Shown here: positions 18,387 through 27,644 of the stretch, piece by piece | Numbering within the stretch: position 1 is the first letter of the stretch | How the letters are laid out: each line of letters opens with the position of its first letter | From: a virus | Lineage: Duplodnaviria; Caudoviricetes | Length of the DNA: 64,000 nucleotides | IMG/VR virus record: IMGVR_UViG_3300020112_000604 | Coordinates: 32,001 to 96,000 of that record | Direction: 5' to 3' (one strand) | Notes under the pieces: generated by a model | What the model saw: only the letters and a program-made list of their open reading frames with translations | Told to the model about the DNA's origin: nothing | The model's database searches: none | Program-made: the position numbers and the translations under genes

Positions 18387-19013
18387 ATGAAAAGATACTT
18401 TTTAAACGATAAACAATTCATGTTCGTTTCTGGTCATACATTCTACGTATCAACCGAAAACGGAAATGTTGAAGTTGACGGATTCATAATTGACGAAAAT
18501 GAAGATGACAACTTCATTACGTTATGCAACGGAGAATGGCTGGCATGTCCAAAGTCAATCCCGTTAGACTGGCTGCAGGACGTGTTTATCTTTAAGCATC
18601 TTGATGATGCCTTCGAGATAAGCACAAACTTGCGAATGACGGTAGCGACGGATTATAGGTGTAACCCAACCGTATCAGCTGACCGTCTTAAGAAAATAAT
18701 CAAGGACCGCAGATATTTAAAGGAATTAGGTATCTTGCATCTAATCAATTATTACGATGACGCGGATGTACTGGTTACTGAAGTTGGACACGGTATAAAG
18801 ATTCACCATACCAGACATAACAGGCGTTTTCCGAAAGCACCGTCATCAAAGTATCCGGACGATAATATCCGTTCGGTATTCATTTATAAGGATGACGTTT
18901 ACATCTGCCCTTCAGACAGAAATGCCAATGGCATTCTCAGACTGGATGAAGACGACACGTTGTATTTAGCAAGGTTTGGTGAACTCGAAGAGGAAATCTT
19001 CAAGTTCATTTAA
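18387..19013 (+). CDS. Hypothetical protein, 208 aa
   Basis: RBS AAAGGAG. Confidence 0.8.
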   Translation: MKRYFLNDKQFMFVSGHTFYVSTENGNVEVDGFIIDENEDDNFITLCNGEWLACPKSIPLDWLQDVFIFKHLDDAFEISTNLRMTVATDYRCNPTVSADRLKKIIKDRRYLKELGILHLINYYDDADVLVTEVGHGIKIHHTRHNRRFPKAPSSKYPDDNIRSVFIYKDDVYICPSDRNANGILRLDEDDTLYLARFGELEEEIFKFI

Positions 19014-19042
19014 TCTACAAATTCTAATAAAACAACTAAACT

Positions 19043-19088
19043 AAAAGAGCTACGGGCTCTTTTGAGAAGGCTATGCCTTCTTTTTTTT
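19043..19088 (+). terminator. Tandem hairpin terminator
   Basis: AAAAGAGC/GCTCTTTT, then AGAAGGC/GCCTTCT followed by a T tract. Confidence 0.85.
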
Positions 19089-19176
19089 ATTTCAATGTAA
19101 CAATATTTGACATTGTGTATACTTTTGTTAAGAACAAGGGGTCTTTGTAGCAAAAGTAGTTAACTACGAAGTACCT

Positions 19177-19188
19177 AACATTTTCGTA
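19177..19188 (+). promoter_or_regulatory. Late-type promoter AACA-TTTTCG-TA leading into a non-coding element
   Basis: Exact motif match; the next ORF is 290 nt away and has its own copy. Confidence 0.6.
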
Positions 19189-19447
19189 ATTTATACGAAA
19201 ATAAGACTAAGATTAGTCTAAGTGTGACTGTGCCTTAGCTAAAGTCACACTAAGCTAACTGGTCTTAAATATTCTCTGTATAAAACGAAAATATATCCTA
19301 ATAACCAAATACTTTGACTCTACTTGTTGACCAAGTAGAGTCTTATTTATTGTAGACAGGATCTGAATTAGAAGTATGAGTTTCATAGTATAGGACTACG
19401 CTAAGGCTACGTCCTATACTAAGGGACAGACCTTAAAGCCCTAGGGC
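19188..19447 (+). ncRNA. Candidate structured non-coding RNA with complementary (kissing) loops
   Basis: Long imperfect hairpin 19190-19284, 11-bp hairpins at 19316-19342 and 19386-19421; loop GCCTTAGC (19232-19239) is the exact reverse complement of loop GCTAAGGC (19400-19407). Confidence 0.55.
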
Positions 19448-19449
19448 AA

Positions 19450-19461
19450 AACATTTTAGTA
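19450..19461 (+). promoter_or_regulatory. Late-type promoter AACA-TTTTAG-TA
   Basis: Immediately before RBS AAAGGAGG of the 19480 gene. Confidence 0.7.
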
Positions 19462-19479
19462 ATAAAGGAGGAATGTGCT

Positions 19480-20697
19480 ATGACAGAACAGTATCGTTAC
19501 TCTGCTGTAATGACATTCATGAATAACAGAAGAGAAGCTCAAGAAATATCTATGGATGTAATCCAATTCATAGTTATAGACAAAGATTATGAAAACAATA
19601 TTATGCCAGTTATAACTACATCTATTTTATTAGATTCCAAACTTAGAGACAAAATGATTCTTGAAATGGATGATTCTATAGTATCTCTACAGATATACAA
19701 ATTCAATAAAGACGAAGATGACAGAATAGGACAGACTATTCTGAATGATATCTTTGTTTATATGATACCAGGTGACATATCTCATTCACAGGATATGGAC
19801 TATAAAGATGAAATCGATGAAGAGAACCCACCAAGAATACCTACTACAGTTTATCTGATAAAGAGAGACTCAATAAACAACAATCGTCAGGTAATCAATT
19901 GTGTCAATCGATTTACTTACGACAAGAATATTAAGAAACAGATATCAATGACAGACATGGTAATGAGAACGTCAGCATATCTCAGACCATTATTGCTAGA
20001 ACCAATAACCAACAATAAATCATTTGATGAGATTGTAATACCTCCATTATCTTCATTATCAGATTATGTCAACTATCTCAATGATAATATCTGTTCACTA
20101 TATCCAACCGGATATAGATTCTTCATGGACTTTGATACAAACTACATCATATCTAAGTCCGGTAAAAAGGTTGAGCACAAAGACCAGAATTATCACTCAG
20201 TAATCATAGATATTGGTGAAAAGAGCAATCTTAATTATGCTGTAGATGGAAACCTGTATAACAGTGAAAATCGTTTCTATCACGTTCCAGTATCAATTGC
20301 TATGGCAAAGTTCCAGCGTAACATTACAGCGAAACACCTGGTTACTCAAGTGGCTTGTATCGATAGTTCAGGAACAGCTTTTTCAGAAGACGTATCAGAC
20401 ACGTCTGCTAATATTAAAGAAAAGCTATCTATTATGCAGTCAACAACTTCTAACTCTGGCATCATAGACAATGTCAAGAATGACGTCGTAAATGGCTCGC
20501 TTGTAATAGACATTGTTAAACCAAATTTGGACGCCAGCATATTTACAATCAATAAAGAATACATAATAAACAATACCGAAGAGTATAAAGACTATGACGG
20601 CAGATATCTGATATGCTGTGCTAAACAGTTCTTTATCAAAGAAGAAGATGGATTCGCTATGAATTCCCTGATGAGATTCAAAAAAATATCCCAGTAG
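19480..20697 (+). CDS. Probable virion structural protein, baseplate-hub-like, 405 aa
   Basis: Size, late motif and layout (IDKDYENNIMPV ... GYRFFMD ... DGRYLI) resemble hub (gp27-type) proteins; inference. Confidence 0.45.
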   Translation: MTEQYRYSAVMTFMNNRREAQEISMDVIQFIVIDKDYENNIMPVITTSILLDSKLRDKMILEMDDSIVSLQIYKFNKDEDDRIGQTILNDIFVYMIPGDISHSQDMDYKDEIDEENPPRIPTTVYLIKRDSINNNRQVINCVNRFTYDKNIKKQISMTDMVMRTSAYLRPLLLEPITNNKSFDEIVIPPLSSLSDYVNYLNDNICSLYPTGYRFFMDFDTNYIISKSGKKVEHKDQNYHSVIIDIGEKSNLNYAVDGNLYNSENRFYHVPVSIAMAKFQRNITAKHLVTQVACIDSSGTAFSEDVSDTSANIKEKLSIMQSTTSNSGIIDNVKNDVVNGSLVIDIVKPNLDASIFTINKEYIINNTEEYKDYDGRYLICCAKQFFIKEEDGFAMNSLMRFKKISQ

Positions 20698-20722
20698 GCA
20701 TCTAGCCTACTGGGGATTTTTT
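20681..20722. terminator. Bidirectional terminator
   Basis: TCCCAGTAGGC/GCCTACTGGGGA stem with an A tract on the left and a T tract on the right, between convergent genes. Confidence 0.9.
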
Positions 20723-20734
20723 GTGTTTTACTTT

Positions 20735-22198
20735 TTATAAACCTGGTGTACCAATTGAATTGTTGGATACGTTCTGTGAACCACCAGCATTCATATTGGT
20801 TGTTGTCTGAGCTGTCTGTGTACCAGCGTCAGTCGCATTAGAGTCTACCTTGCCCGAATAGCTCATTACATGAGCTGAGATTACAGACATGTATTCTCTA
20901 GTTATCTTTTCAGCACCTGTACACATAGCACCGATTACGGTACCAACAGTTTCAGTTACTATCTGGCAGTATTCAGCAACAGACTTTGTCCAAGCCTTGA
21001 TAGCCTTAGAATCCATTCCGTTCTGAGCATTGCCAACGTTTGTGTATGCCTGGTTAGCAGCAGCGTCTTTAATCTGCTGTGAAGCACCGTTCTTCATGTT
21101 AGCTGTAGCATTATTAGCAGCATTAACAGTATCGTTCTTAGCATTCTGGCTAGCACCAGCATCAGCAATACCATTTCGGTTGTTATTGTATGTGCTGTTC
21201 TTGTTAACGTACTTTCCGTTAGGCTCAGAGTTTGTATTGCTGTTGAAGTTAATCTTAGCTTCATTGATGTAGCTTTCGAATACTACTGAGTAAACTTCCG
21301 GAAGTTCTGTAGAAGCGTTTACAGGCTGGTTAGCATTGTTGTTACCACCAGTATTATTTGTGTTAGCCTGTGGCTTAGCATTAGACTGAACTGGCTTAGC
21401 TTTGTTTGCGTTTGCTTTCTTTGCAGCTTCTGCAGCATTGCTAGCAAATGCCTGAGCGTCCTTAGCCTTAAGAGCGTTACCAGTCCTAGCATTCTTCTTG
21501 TATGATGAGTTATAAGCCTTTTCAGCCTTAGCCATCCACTTGTCGAATGAATCCTTAGTCTTAAGGATACCAGTTCTGAATGTATTAGCTGAGATACAGA
21601 AGTTGTATAAGTCAGCCATATTTATTGAAGATGTCGGAACGTCCTTATCCGGACCTGGGCAGTAGTAAGCTTTACAAGCATCGGCGAAGCTCTGGTCCTT
21701 TTCGATCTTAATAGTTTTGTTTGTAACAAAGTTCTGGATGTCTGTTCTCCATTTATCCTTATTACCTTCGGCTCCATCGTTAGCAGCTGCAGCAGTAAGG
21801 TCATCGATGAATGTAACGTTAGGGAATACAATGTTTATCTTACCCTGAAGTCTCTTGATACATTCAGGGATATTGCTTGCCATTGTAATTGTACCTTCCT
21901 GAAGCTTCTTACCAAGAATGATTTCCTTGTTTTCTGTAAGGAACGCAACGTCGTTCTTAAAGAACTTATCCGCTCTTGTAAGGAATCTATTCCAGATACC
22001 AGCAATCCATGCTGTGAACTTAGACCAGAATGACTGAGCCTTATCATTTGTAGCTTCATGAATATATTCAATTTTAGACACAACGTCTGTGCCTTCGGCA
22101 ATAGCTACACATTCTTTGAGGAATTCCTGTGTGTCGAGCTGACGTTTCATAACTTCATATCTGTACACAGATTCTTCAAGCATTTCTATATATTCCAT
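20735..22198 (-). CDS. Probable internal head protein, 487 aa, with an Asn/Ala-rich region
   Basis: IHEA followed by amphipathic SFWSKFTAWIAGIWNRF, a layout shared with its neighbours. Confidence 0.6.
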   Translation of the reverse strand: MEYIEMLEESVYRYEVMKRQLDTQEFLKECVAIAEGTDVVSKIEYIHEATNDKAQSFWSKFTAWIAGIWNRFLTRADKFFKNDVAFLTENKEIILGKKLQEGTITMASNIPECIKRLQGKINIVFPNVTFIDDLTAAAANDGAEGNKDKWRTDIQNFVTNKTIKIEKDQSFADACKAYYCPGPDKDVPTSSINMADLYNFCISANTFRTGILKTKDSFDKWMAKAEKAYNSSYKKNARTGNALKAKDAQAFASNAAEAAKKANANKAKPVQSNAKPQANTNNTGGNNNANQPVNASTELPEVYSVVFESYINEAKINFNSNTNSEPNGKYVNKNSTYNNNRNGIADAGASQNAKNDTVNAANNATANMKNGASQQIKDAAANQAYTNVGNAQNGMDSKAIKAWTKSVAEYCQIVTETVGTVIGAMCTGAEKITREYMSVISAHVMSYSGKVDSNATDAGTQTAQTTTNMNAGGSQNVSNNSIGTPGL

Positions 22199-22201
22199 AT
22201 A

Positions 22202-23554
22202 TTACACCTCCTTAGCAAGCTCATTGAGCTTAGCCTTGCAACGAGCGCCAACGGCATTAAAGAATGCCCAAGCTGTAGAGAGTCTAGCTTCTTCAACCTT
22301 TAATGCTCCTGAGTAGTAATTAACGATTGCTTCGCCGGCTGTGTGAATCATTACTTCACACTTCTGAACAACTTCAAACTCGAGCTGTGAAAGAGCTTCG
22401 TTAGAACTTGATGGAACTCCAGAGTTAGAAGTAACTCCTCTCTTAGAAAGAATTCTTGTGAGTTCGGTTGATGGGTCTATAGCCTTAACTGAAGCGATAG
22501 CTTTATTGATTGAAGCATCAATTGCTTTCCACTTCTTACCAACGTTGAAGAGATAAGAAAGTATATTAGATTTCCAGTTATCGTTCTCAGAAACGTTAGA
22601 TTCGTCCGGTTTAGTGAAGTTAGTCAGGATACCCCTTACAAGCTCAATTCCTGAAAGTCCTGATTCCTCAACTGCTGAAAAAGCGGCATCTGTGGCTCTG
22701 CTTCCTCCGTCTGTGTTAGAGTAAGCAAGGAATGCTGTAGCAAAATCAGTCATCATCTTAGGGTTGTATGATTCTGACTTATCAGTGTTTGTCAGACCGT
22801 ACTTGTGAATGATATCTGTGAGAGTCATATTCTTAACTTCAGCACCGAGAACAGATGAACAAACCTTAGCCATGCTACCAAACTTAGAAACAGCGGCATT
22901 TGCTCCGAATGCTGAGAATACGGCACCGAATGCATCTGATGTATTTGTTGAAGTATATTCTGATGCGAAACCATCCATATACTTATAGCTCTTTACGGAC
23001 TTAGCAATCTCGTCGAGTTCTCCAGTGAGATCAAAAGCGTTGACGACGTTTGCAGCATTTGATGCGTTCATTGATACTGCCATCTGTTTGAGTTTTTCAA
23101 ATTCAGCTTTCTTAGCAGCATCATCTGTATTCATAGTAAGAGCTTTAATGTCGTTCTTAAAATCTGAAATATTTGTTGTTTCACCGTTAGTGAAGAGTTT
23201 GCCAGCAACGCCAGTCATCTTCTGACTTAAAGCTGTAAGAGCTTTTACGATAGCTGTCTTAATCTTACCGCATAATGTTTTTACGCGGTTAATCATACCA
23301 GCAGACTTAGCTTCAGCTTCAGTAACAAGTACGGTGGCTTCTTCCGTAATCATTGACTTGAAATAGCTCTTGAGCGATTCGTTCTTGGCGTCAAGCATTT
23401 CAAGTAAAGCGTCATAACAAATCTGATTGATACTACGAGTGTCATGAACTTCGGCAAATGTGTCGAGCATAGATGCTTCGCAGATATCAGTACATTTAAT
23501 ATTTCCGATATCTTTAGATACCGGTTTAGCCGTAATGGCTGATACATTAAACAT
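22202..23554 (-). CDS. Probable internal head protein, 450 aa
   Basis: VTEAEA followed by MINRVKTLCGKIKTAIVKAL. Confidence 0.6.
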   Translation of the reverse strand: MFNVSAITAKPVSKDIGNIKCTDICEASMLDTFAEVHDTRSINQICYDALLEMLDAKNESLKSYFKSMITEEATVLVTEAEAKSAGMINRVKTLCGKIKTAIVKALTALSQKMTGVAGKLFTNGETTNISDFKNDIKALTMNTDDAAKKAEFEKLKQMAVSMNASNAANVVNAFDLTGELDEIAKSVKSYKYMDGFASEYTSTNTSDAFGAVFSAFGANAAVSKFGSMAKVCSSVLGAEVKNMTLTDIIHKYGLTNTDKSESYNPKMMTDFATAFLAYSNTDGGSRATDAAFSAVEESGLSGIELVRGILTNFTKPDESNVSENDNWKSNILSYLFNVGKKWKAIDASINKAIASVKAIDPSTELTRILSKRGVTSNSGVPSSSNEALSQLEFEVVQKCEVMIHTAGEAIVNYYSGALKVEEARLSTAWAFFNAVGARCKAKLNELAKEV

Positions 23555-23592
23555 ATAATGGCCTCCTTACTGTAATCAAGTATAAAAGAGAC

Positions 23593-23618
23593 CGTCATCA
23601 AGATACAACTTGATGACG
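23593..23618 (-). other. Intergenic hairpin (5' UTR stabiliser or weak terminator)
   Basis: CGTCATCAAG/CTTGATGACG 10-bp stem just downstream of the 23633 motif. Confidence 0.6.
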
Positions 23619-23632
23619 ATCCATAATTGTAT

Positions 23633-23644
23633 TACTTAAAAGTT
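23633..23644 (-). promoter_or_regulatory. Late-type promoter variant AACT-TTTAAG-TA
   Basis: Intergenic AAC-N7-TA. Confidence 0.55.
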
Positions 23645-23652
23645 TATTGATA

Positions 23653-24738
23653 TTAATCTTCGCGATCTTCTTCAACAGTGTCACCATTTTGGTCGACAAA
23701 CGTAGGCTTCTGTGTTTTGATATTGAGACGAAATTCTGTTAAGTCACCGGCCTGTTTTGCGACGTCATATTTGTTGTCGTTGACATATCTATTATATGCG
23801 ACAATAATTGAGTTTCTTACACGTACAACCTCATTAATGTAATCGTGCATTGTGTGCGTGTAAAAATCGACAACGCTTCCTATTATTTCAAATAAACTTG
23901 TCACAGTATTCGCCATAGTTGAAAAATCTCGTGCTGATGTATCATTACGATAAGCGTCAACACTTCTACCATACTTGTCTGTCGCATGTGATGCATCCAC
24001 ATATCGTAATGGCCTAAGCGACAATTTAGAGAAGTAGCTTTGTATCTTCTTAGTTATAGCACTTTCCTCATATGTATGCTGATGCATAACTTTACGAACA
24101 GTTCCGAGAAATTTGTCATCAAGTAATGCATCTTTATATTCAGGAAGTTCCATAGCTTGTTCCAGAGTCATAACGCTTCCCTTTGTTGCGATGTCAACAG
24201 CGTGTCTCATGTTTAAGTCGTTGTCCAGATCATATATCGACATGTCACTACGTAATTTCGATATGTCAGTACCAGTTAATGTCTTGACGTCGGCATCGAT
24301 TCCGATGCCTTTCATCCAAGCGTTGATTTTATCTATGCTAGCGTCGACAAGTTCTTTGTTTTCGTTGGTTTTATCGTTTGTGATATCGTCAAGCATGTCG
24401 AACACTATCCCATAAATATCTGTAGAGTTCTTTAACGTTGCTGTGATATTCTTTGGGTTAAGGTAGTCAGGATTCATTCGTCTAATACGAACATTACAGC
24501 TTTTGATAATGTTAAGACGGCGACTGTCTATCGAAAGAATCTTCTTTATTGCACTAACAGCTCGTTTTTCGTCTATCTTCTGTATTAATTCCTGTATGGC
24601 ATTAGACAACTTTTCACAAAGAACTGATATTTTACGGATAATCTTTAACACGATTTTCTTGATTCTGTCGAATATTGAACGCTTAACTTTGGACTCGTCA
24701 CTTTCAGTAACGATGAATGATTCTAAACTAATGTCCAT
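23653..24738 (-). CDS. Probable internal head protein, 361 aa
   Basis: SLES/VTES followed by IFDRIKKIVLKIIRKI. Confidence 0.6.
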   Translation of the reverse strand: MDISLESFIVTESDESKVKRSIFDRIKKIVLKIIRKISVLCEKLSNAIQELIQKIDEKRAVSAIKKILSIDSRRLNIIKSCNVRIRRMNPDYLNPKNITATLKNSTDIYGIVFDMLDDITNDKTNENKELVDASIDKINAWMKGIGIDADVKTLTGTDISKLRSDMSIYDLDNDLNMRHAVDIATKGSVMTLEQAMELPEYKDALLDDKFLGTVRKVMHQHTYEESAITKKIQSYFSKLSLRPLRYVDASHATDKYGRSVDAYRNDTSARDFSTMANTVTSLFEIIGSVVDFYTHTMHDYINEVVRVRNSIIVAYNRYVNDNKYDVAKQAGDLTEFRLNIKTQKPTFVDQNGDTVEEDRED

Positions 24739-24751
24739 ATGTCATTCCTCC

Positions 24752-26002
24752 TTACTTTTTATCGTCGTCTTTTTCTTCAGCTTCAGCATCTACAGTTCCA
24801 TAAGGAATACCAGTTGCCGGATTAACCTTGAGGTCTGTACAGAATCTTGTAAAGAGTAAATAGCACTGTCGATAGAATGATGCAATGGCATTTGTTGCAT
24901 TACCAACGAGTGTAATATATGACTGAGCGATCTCAGAAGCTGATTCTACGAACTGAGCAGCAACTGATTCATTGCTGTGCTTCTCAATTTCAACGCTCTT
25001 CTGAATAATAAGATTTGTAAACTTAGTATCCAGTGAAGCCTGCATCTGTTTTACACGTTCGGTATTAGAACCGCATATAAGTAAGAACTCTGTGATGTTT
25101 TCGAGATTGTATACAGGGTCTTTAAGCAGATTAACTTCACCGTCAGCATCTCTGTCAGATGAAAGAACTGGAGCAACAGCTGATAACTTGGACATCATTT
25201 TTCTGTTGTACTTGTCAAGATCATCAACACTCTTACGATATGTCTTAGCACTCTTATCAGAGAACTTCTGTGAGCCTTTATTATCGTCGTTTGCGGCTCT
25301 CTTATCAGCTTCTCCGGCGTAATCTATAGAGTCGCCGTATCCGTCGAGGAATTTCTTAAATGCGTTGAGTGTATCTGATGAATTGAGAATGAATCCTGTC
25401 TTAACGATATCCATGTTTACAGAGAATCTCATACCTGTAAGTTTCTGAATTGCGGCCCTTTCGATTTCGTCCTGCTTACGGATAGATTTAATCTTTGATA
25501 TAACCTGCTTAGCTCCGTTAATGTCTTTATTCTTTGATAAAGCTTTCACGAGTCTCTGAATCAGTTTGTCAATAGCTTCTCTAATCTTTTCAATAAGATG
25601 CTGAATGACTCTCTTGATATTTCTCTTAATCTTATTGACACGGTCTTTATTTACATCATAACCGCCGCTCTTAGAAGAGTCATCTTTCTTTTCTTCTTCT
25701 TTATTGTCGTCTTTCTTTTCTTCATCAGCTTCGTTGAACACAGCGAGGAAGCTAGGATCAGCAAGAAGAAGATCTCTATTTTCTGTAACGAAGTTTAACT
25801 CGTCTTTACCGAGTTCTCTAACGAAAGCATTTACGCCTTCCTGAATCTGAGTACAGTATTTAGCAGCAATCCATTCTGGATCATCGCCTACTGCGAATGT
25901 AGTCATTGTTGGGTGATATTCCTGCACTGATTCAGTAACAGTATTTTCTTCCTGAACTGATGAGCTATACTTAGCTTTAAAGTCTGAGTTAAAAATTCCC
26001 AT
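24752..26002 (-). CDS. Probable internal head protein, 416 aa; paralog of 26082-27572
   Basis: MGIF start; TFAVGDDPEWIAA versus TFTVGDSFEWMAA; FNEA site and amphipathic helix. Confidence 0.65.
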   Translation of the reverse strand: MGIFNSDFKAKYSSSVQEENTVTESVQEYHPTMTTFAVGDDPEWIAAKYCTQIQEGVNAFVRELGKDELNFVTENRDLLLADPSFLAVFNEADEEKKDDNKEEEKKDDSSKSGGYDVNKDRVNKIKRNIKRVIQHLIEKIREAIDKLIQRLVKALSKNKDINGAKQVISKIKSIRKQDEIERAAIQKLTGMRFSVNMDIVKTGFILNSSDTLNAFKKFLDGYGDSIDYAGEADKRAANDDNKGSQKFSDKSAKTYRKSVDDLDKYNRKMMSKLSAVAPVLSSDRDADGEVNLLKDPVYNLENITEFLLICGSNTERVKQMQASLDTKFTNLIIQKSVEIEKHSNESVAAQFVESASEIAQSYITLVGNATNAIASFYRQCYLLFTRFCTDLKVNPATGIPYGTVDAEAEEKDDDKK

Positions 26003-26027
26003 ATTAAGGTTCCTCCTTTATGCTTAT

Positions 26028-26059
26028 AAAAGGATCCGTGTCATCTAAGACACGGATCC
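26028..26059 (-). terminator. Terminator-like hairpin
   Basis: GGATCCGTGTC/GACACGGATCC 11-bp stem followed by TTTT. Confidence 0.75.
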
Positions 26060-26081
26060 AATACATTTATTTATGGATTGA

Positions 26082-27572
26082 TTAGATAATAGCGTTGAAA
26101 GCGCCGAGGAAATCGAAGTCTTCTTCTTTTACAGATTCTTCTTTCTTTTCTTCCTTAGCTGGTTCTTCCTTCTTGTCTTCAGCCTTTGCGTCCTTCTTGT
26201 CTTCGGAATCTCCTTCAACCTTGAATCCGGAAACAAGCTTTGTAGCAACGTTTCTTGTTTCGCCAAGGTATCCACACATAGCCTGAGCAAGACCACCTGC
26301 AGCTGCAACGTATACTGAATGGATTTCAGAAATGAGTGACTGAGCCTTTGTAACGTTAGCATAGCCGTTTGATGTGAAGTTTATACCGATCTGCGTCATG
26401 TGAGCTTCGAGTCCTTCGAGAACCTTCTTGATTCTTGCTTCCATGTTGTTGAGAGCCTTAACAGCCTTAGCCTGAGCCTTAGGGCCTGATTCAAGAGCTG
26501 AAATGATTGTATCAATCTTCCAGATGCCTGATTCTGTATAAGGATTGCCGAGAGGATGGAGAACACCAGAATAAACTGCATAAACCGCACTCTGTGAAGC
26601 CTCGATATCTGTTGAAGAAATACCAAAAGCCTTAAGAATTGTACCCTTAACATCTGTAGCTTCTTCAGCTTCGAGGATGAAAGATTCGTTCTTAGCTTCT
26701 TCCTTCTTTTCTTCCTTAGCTGCTTCTTCTTTCTTTTCTTCAGCCGGCTTTTCCTTAGCTTTATAATTGTCAACCTGGCCACCGAGCCTATCGATAGCAG
26801 CGAAGTCTACGATAGAATCCCAACCGTCGATCTTTGTGATCTTTTCGTCCCAACCGTGTACCTTCATACCGGCAGCGATGTCAGCGTTCTTCTTTGGTTC
26901 AGGGTCATCCTTGCCCTTCTTAAGAGCTGCAACGATCTTCTTAACGGCAGCATCGTCCTTAATCTTAGATATGAGATTGACAACCTTCTGTCTAAGTTTT
27001 TTGAAGAATTCGATAACGGCAGAGATAACCTTCTTGATGAATACAACGATCTTTGTGTTAGCAAACTTTGAGCCTGAGCCAGCCTGAACGTCAGCAGAAA
27101 GAGCTGTCTTTGGCTCTTCGGCCTTTTCTTCAGCTTTTTCGTCCTTCTTTTCTTCAGTCTTTTCCTCGTCAGCTTCGTTTACAGCCTTAGACTTACCACT
27201 GCATACAGGACAATCCTTCTTACCGCATTCGCACTTGCCTTCTTCTTTGCAAGCCTTCTTGCATGATTCCTCGAATTCTGCTTCAGCAGCAGCTGCAGCT
27301 TCTTTGAGTTCTTCTTCTGTAAGTGGCTCATATTCAACTTCGAGACCTGTTGATTCTGTGTATGCGAGTTCCATAACACCCATGTCCTGAAGGAACTGGT
27401 TAGCAGCTTCTTCTACTGTAGCTGTGTTTGTAGCAGCCATCCATTCAAAAGAATCTCCGACTGTGAATGTTTCGTTTGTTACTGTGAATTCTGTAGCTTC
27501 GTTAGCTACTGACTTTGCGGCATTTTCGAGCATAGCTTTCATGCCGTTAGCACCTGTTGAAAAAATACCCAT
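26082..27572 (-). CDS. Probable abundant internal head protein, 496 aa, Glu/Lys-rich
   Basis: Many NEA/NES/TES sites and IVVFIKKVISAVIEFFKKL helix; high-expression codon bias. Confidence 0.65.
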   Translation of the reverse strand: MGIFSTGANGMKAMLENAAKSVANEATEFTVTNETFTVGDSFEWMAATNTATVEEAANQFLQDMGVMELAYTESTGLEVEYEPLTEEELKEAAAAAEAEFEESCKKACKEEGKCECGKKDCPVCSGKSKAVNEADEEKTEEKKDEKAEEKAEEPKTALSADVQAGSGSKFANTKIVVFIKKVISAVIEFFKKLRQKVVNLISKIKDDAAVKKIVAALKKGKDDPEPKKNADIAAGMKVHGWDEKITKIDGWDSIVDFAAIDRLGGQVDNYKAKEKPAEEKKEEAAKEEKKEEAKNESFILEAEEATDVKGTILKAFGISSTDIEASQSAVYAVYSGVLHPLGNPYTESGIWKIDTIISALESGPKAQAKAVKALNNMEARIKKVLEGLEAHMTQIGINFTSNGYANVTKAQSLISEIHSVYVAAAGGLAQAMCGYLGETRNVATKLVSGFKVEGDSEDKKDAKAEDKKEEPAKEEKKEESVKEEDFDFLGAFNAII

Positions 27573-27604
27573 AATAAAATTCCTCCTTTATTACAAATAC
27601 ATAT

Positions 27605-27642
27605 AAAACGTAGTGAGCTAAGTGCTCACTACGTTATTTTTT
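27605..27642. terminator. Terminator-like hairpin
   Basis: AACGTAGTGAGC/GCTCACTACGTT 12-bp stem with T-rich flanks. Confidence 0.75.
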
Positions 27643-27644
27643 AC

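Noticed and set aside
19107-19134. TTGACA with a possible -10 (TAAGAA) as a host sigma-A promoter
   Set aside because: The -10 lacks the conserved final T; too weak to list as a feature.
19090-19447. tRNA, CRISPR mini-array, ROOL/GOLLD RNA or intron in the large gap
   Set aside because: No cloverleaf or T-loop, no spaced direct repeats, too short for ROOL/GOLLD, and the flanking genes are complete.
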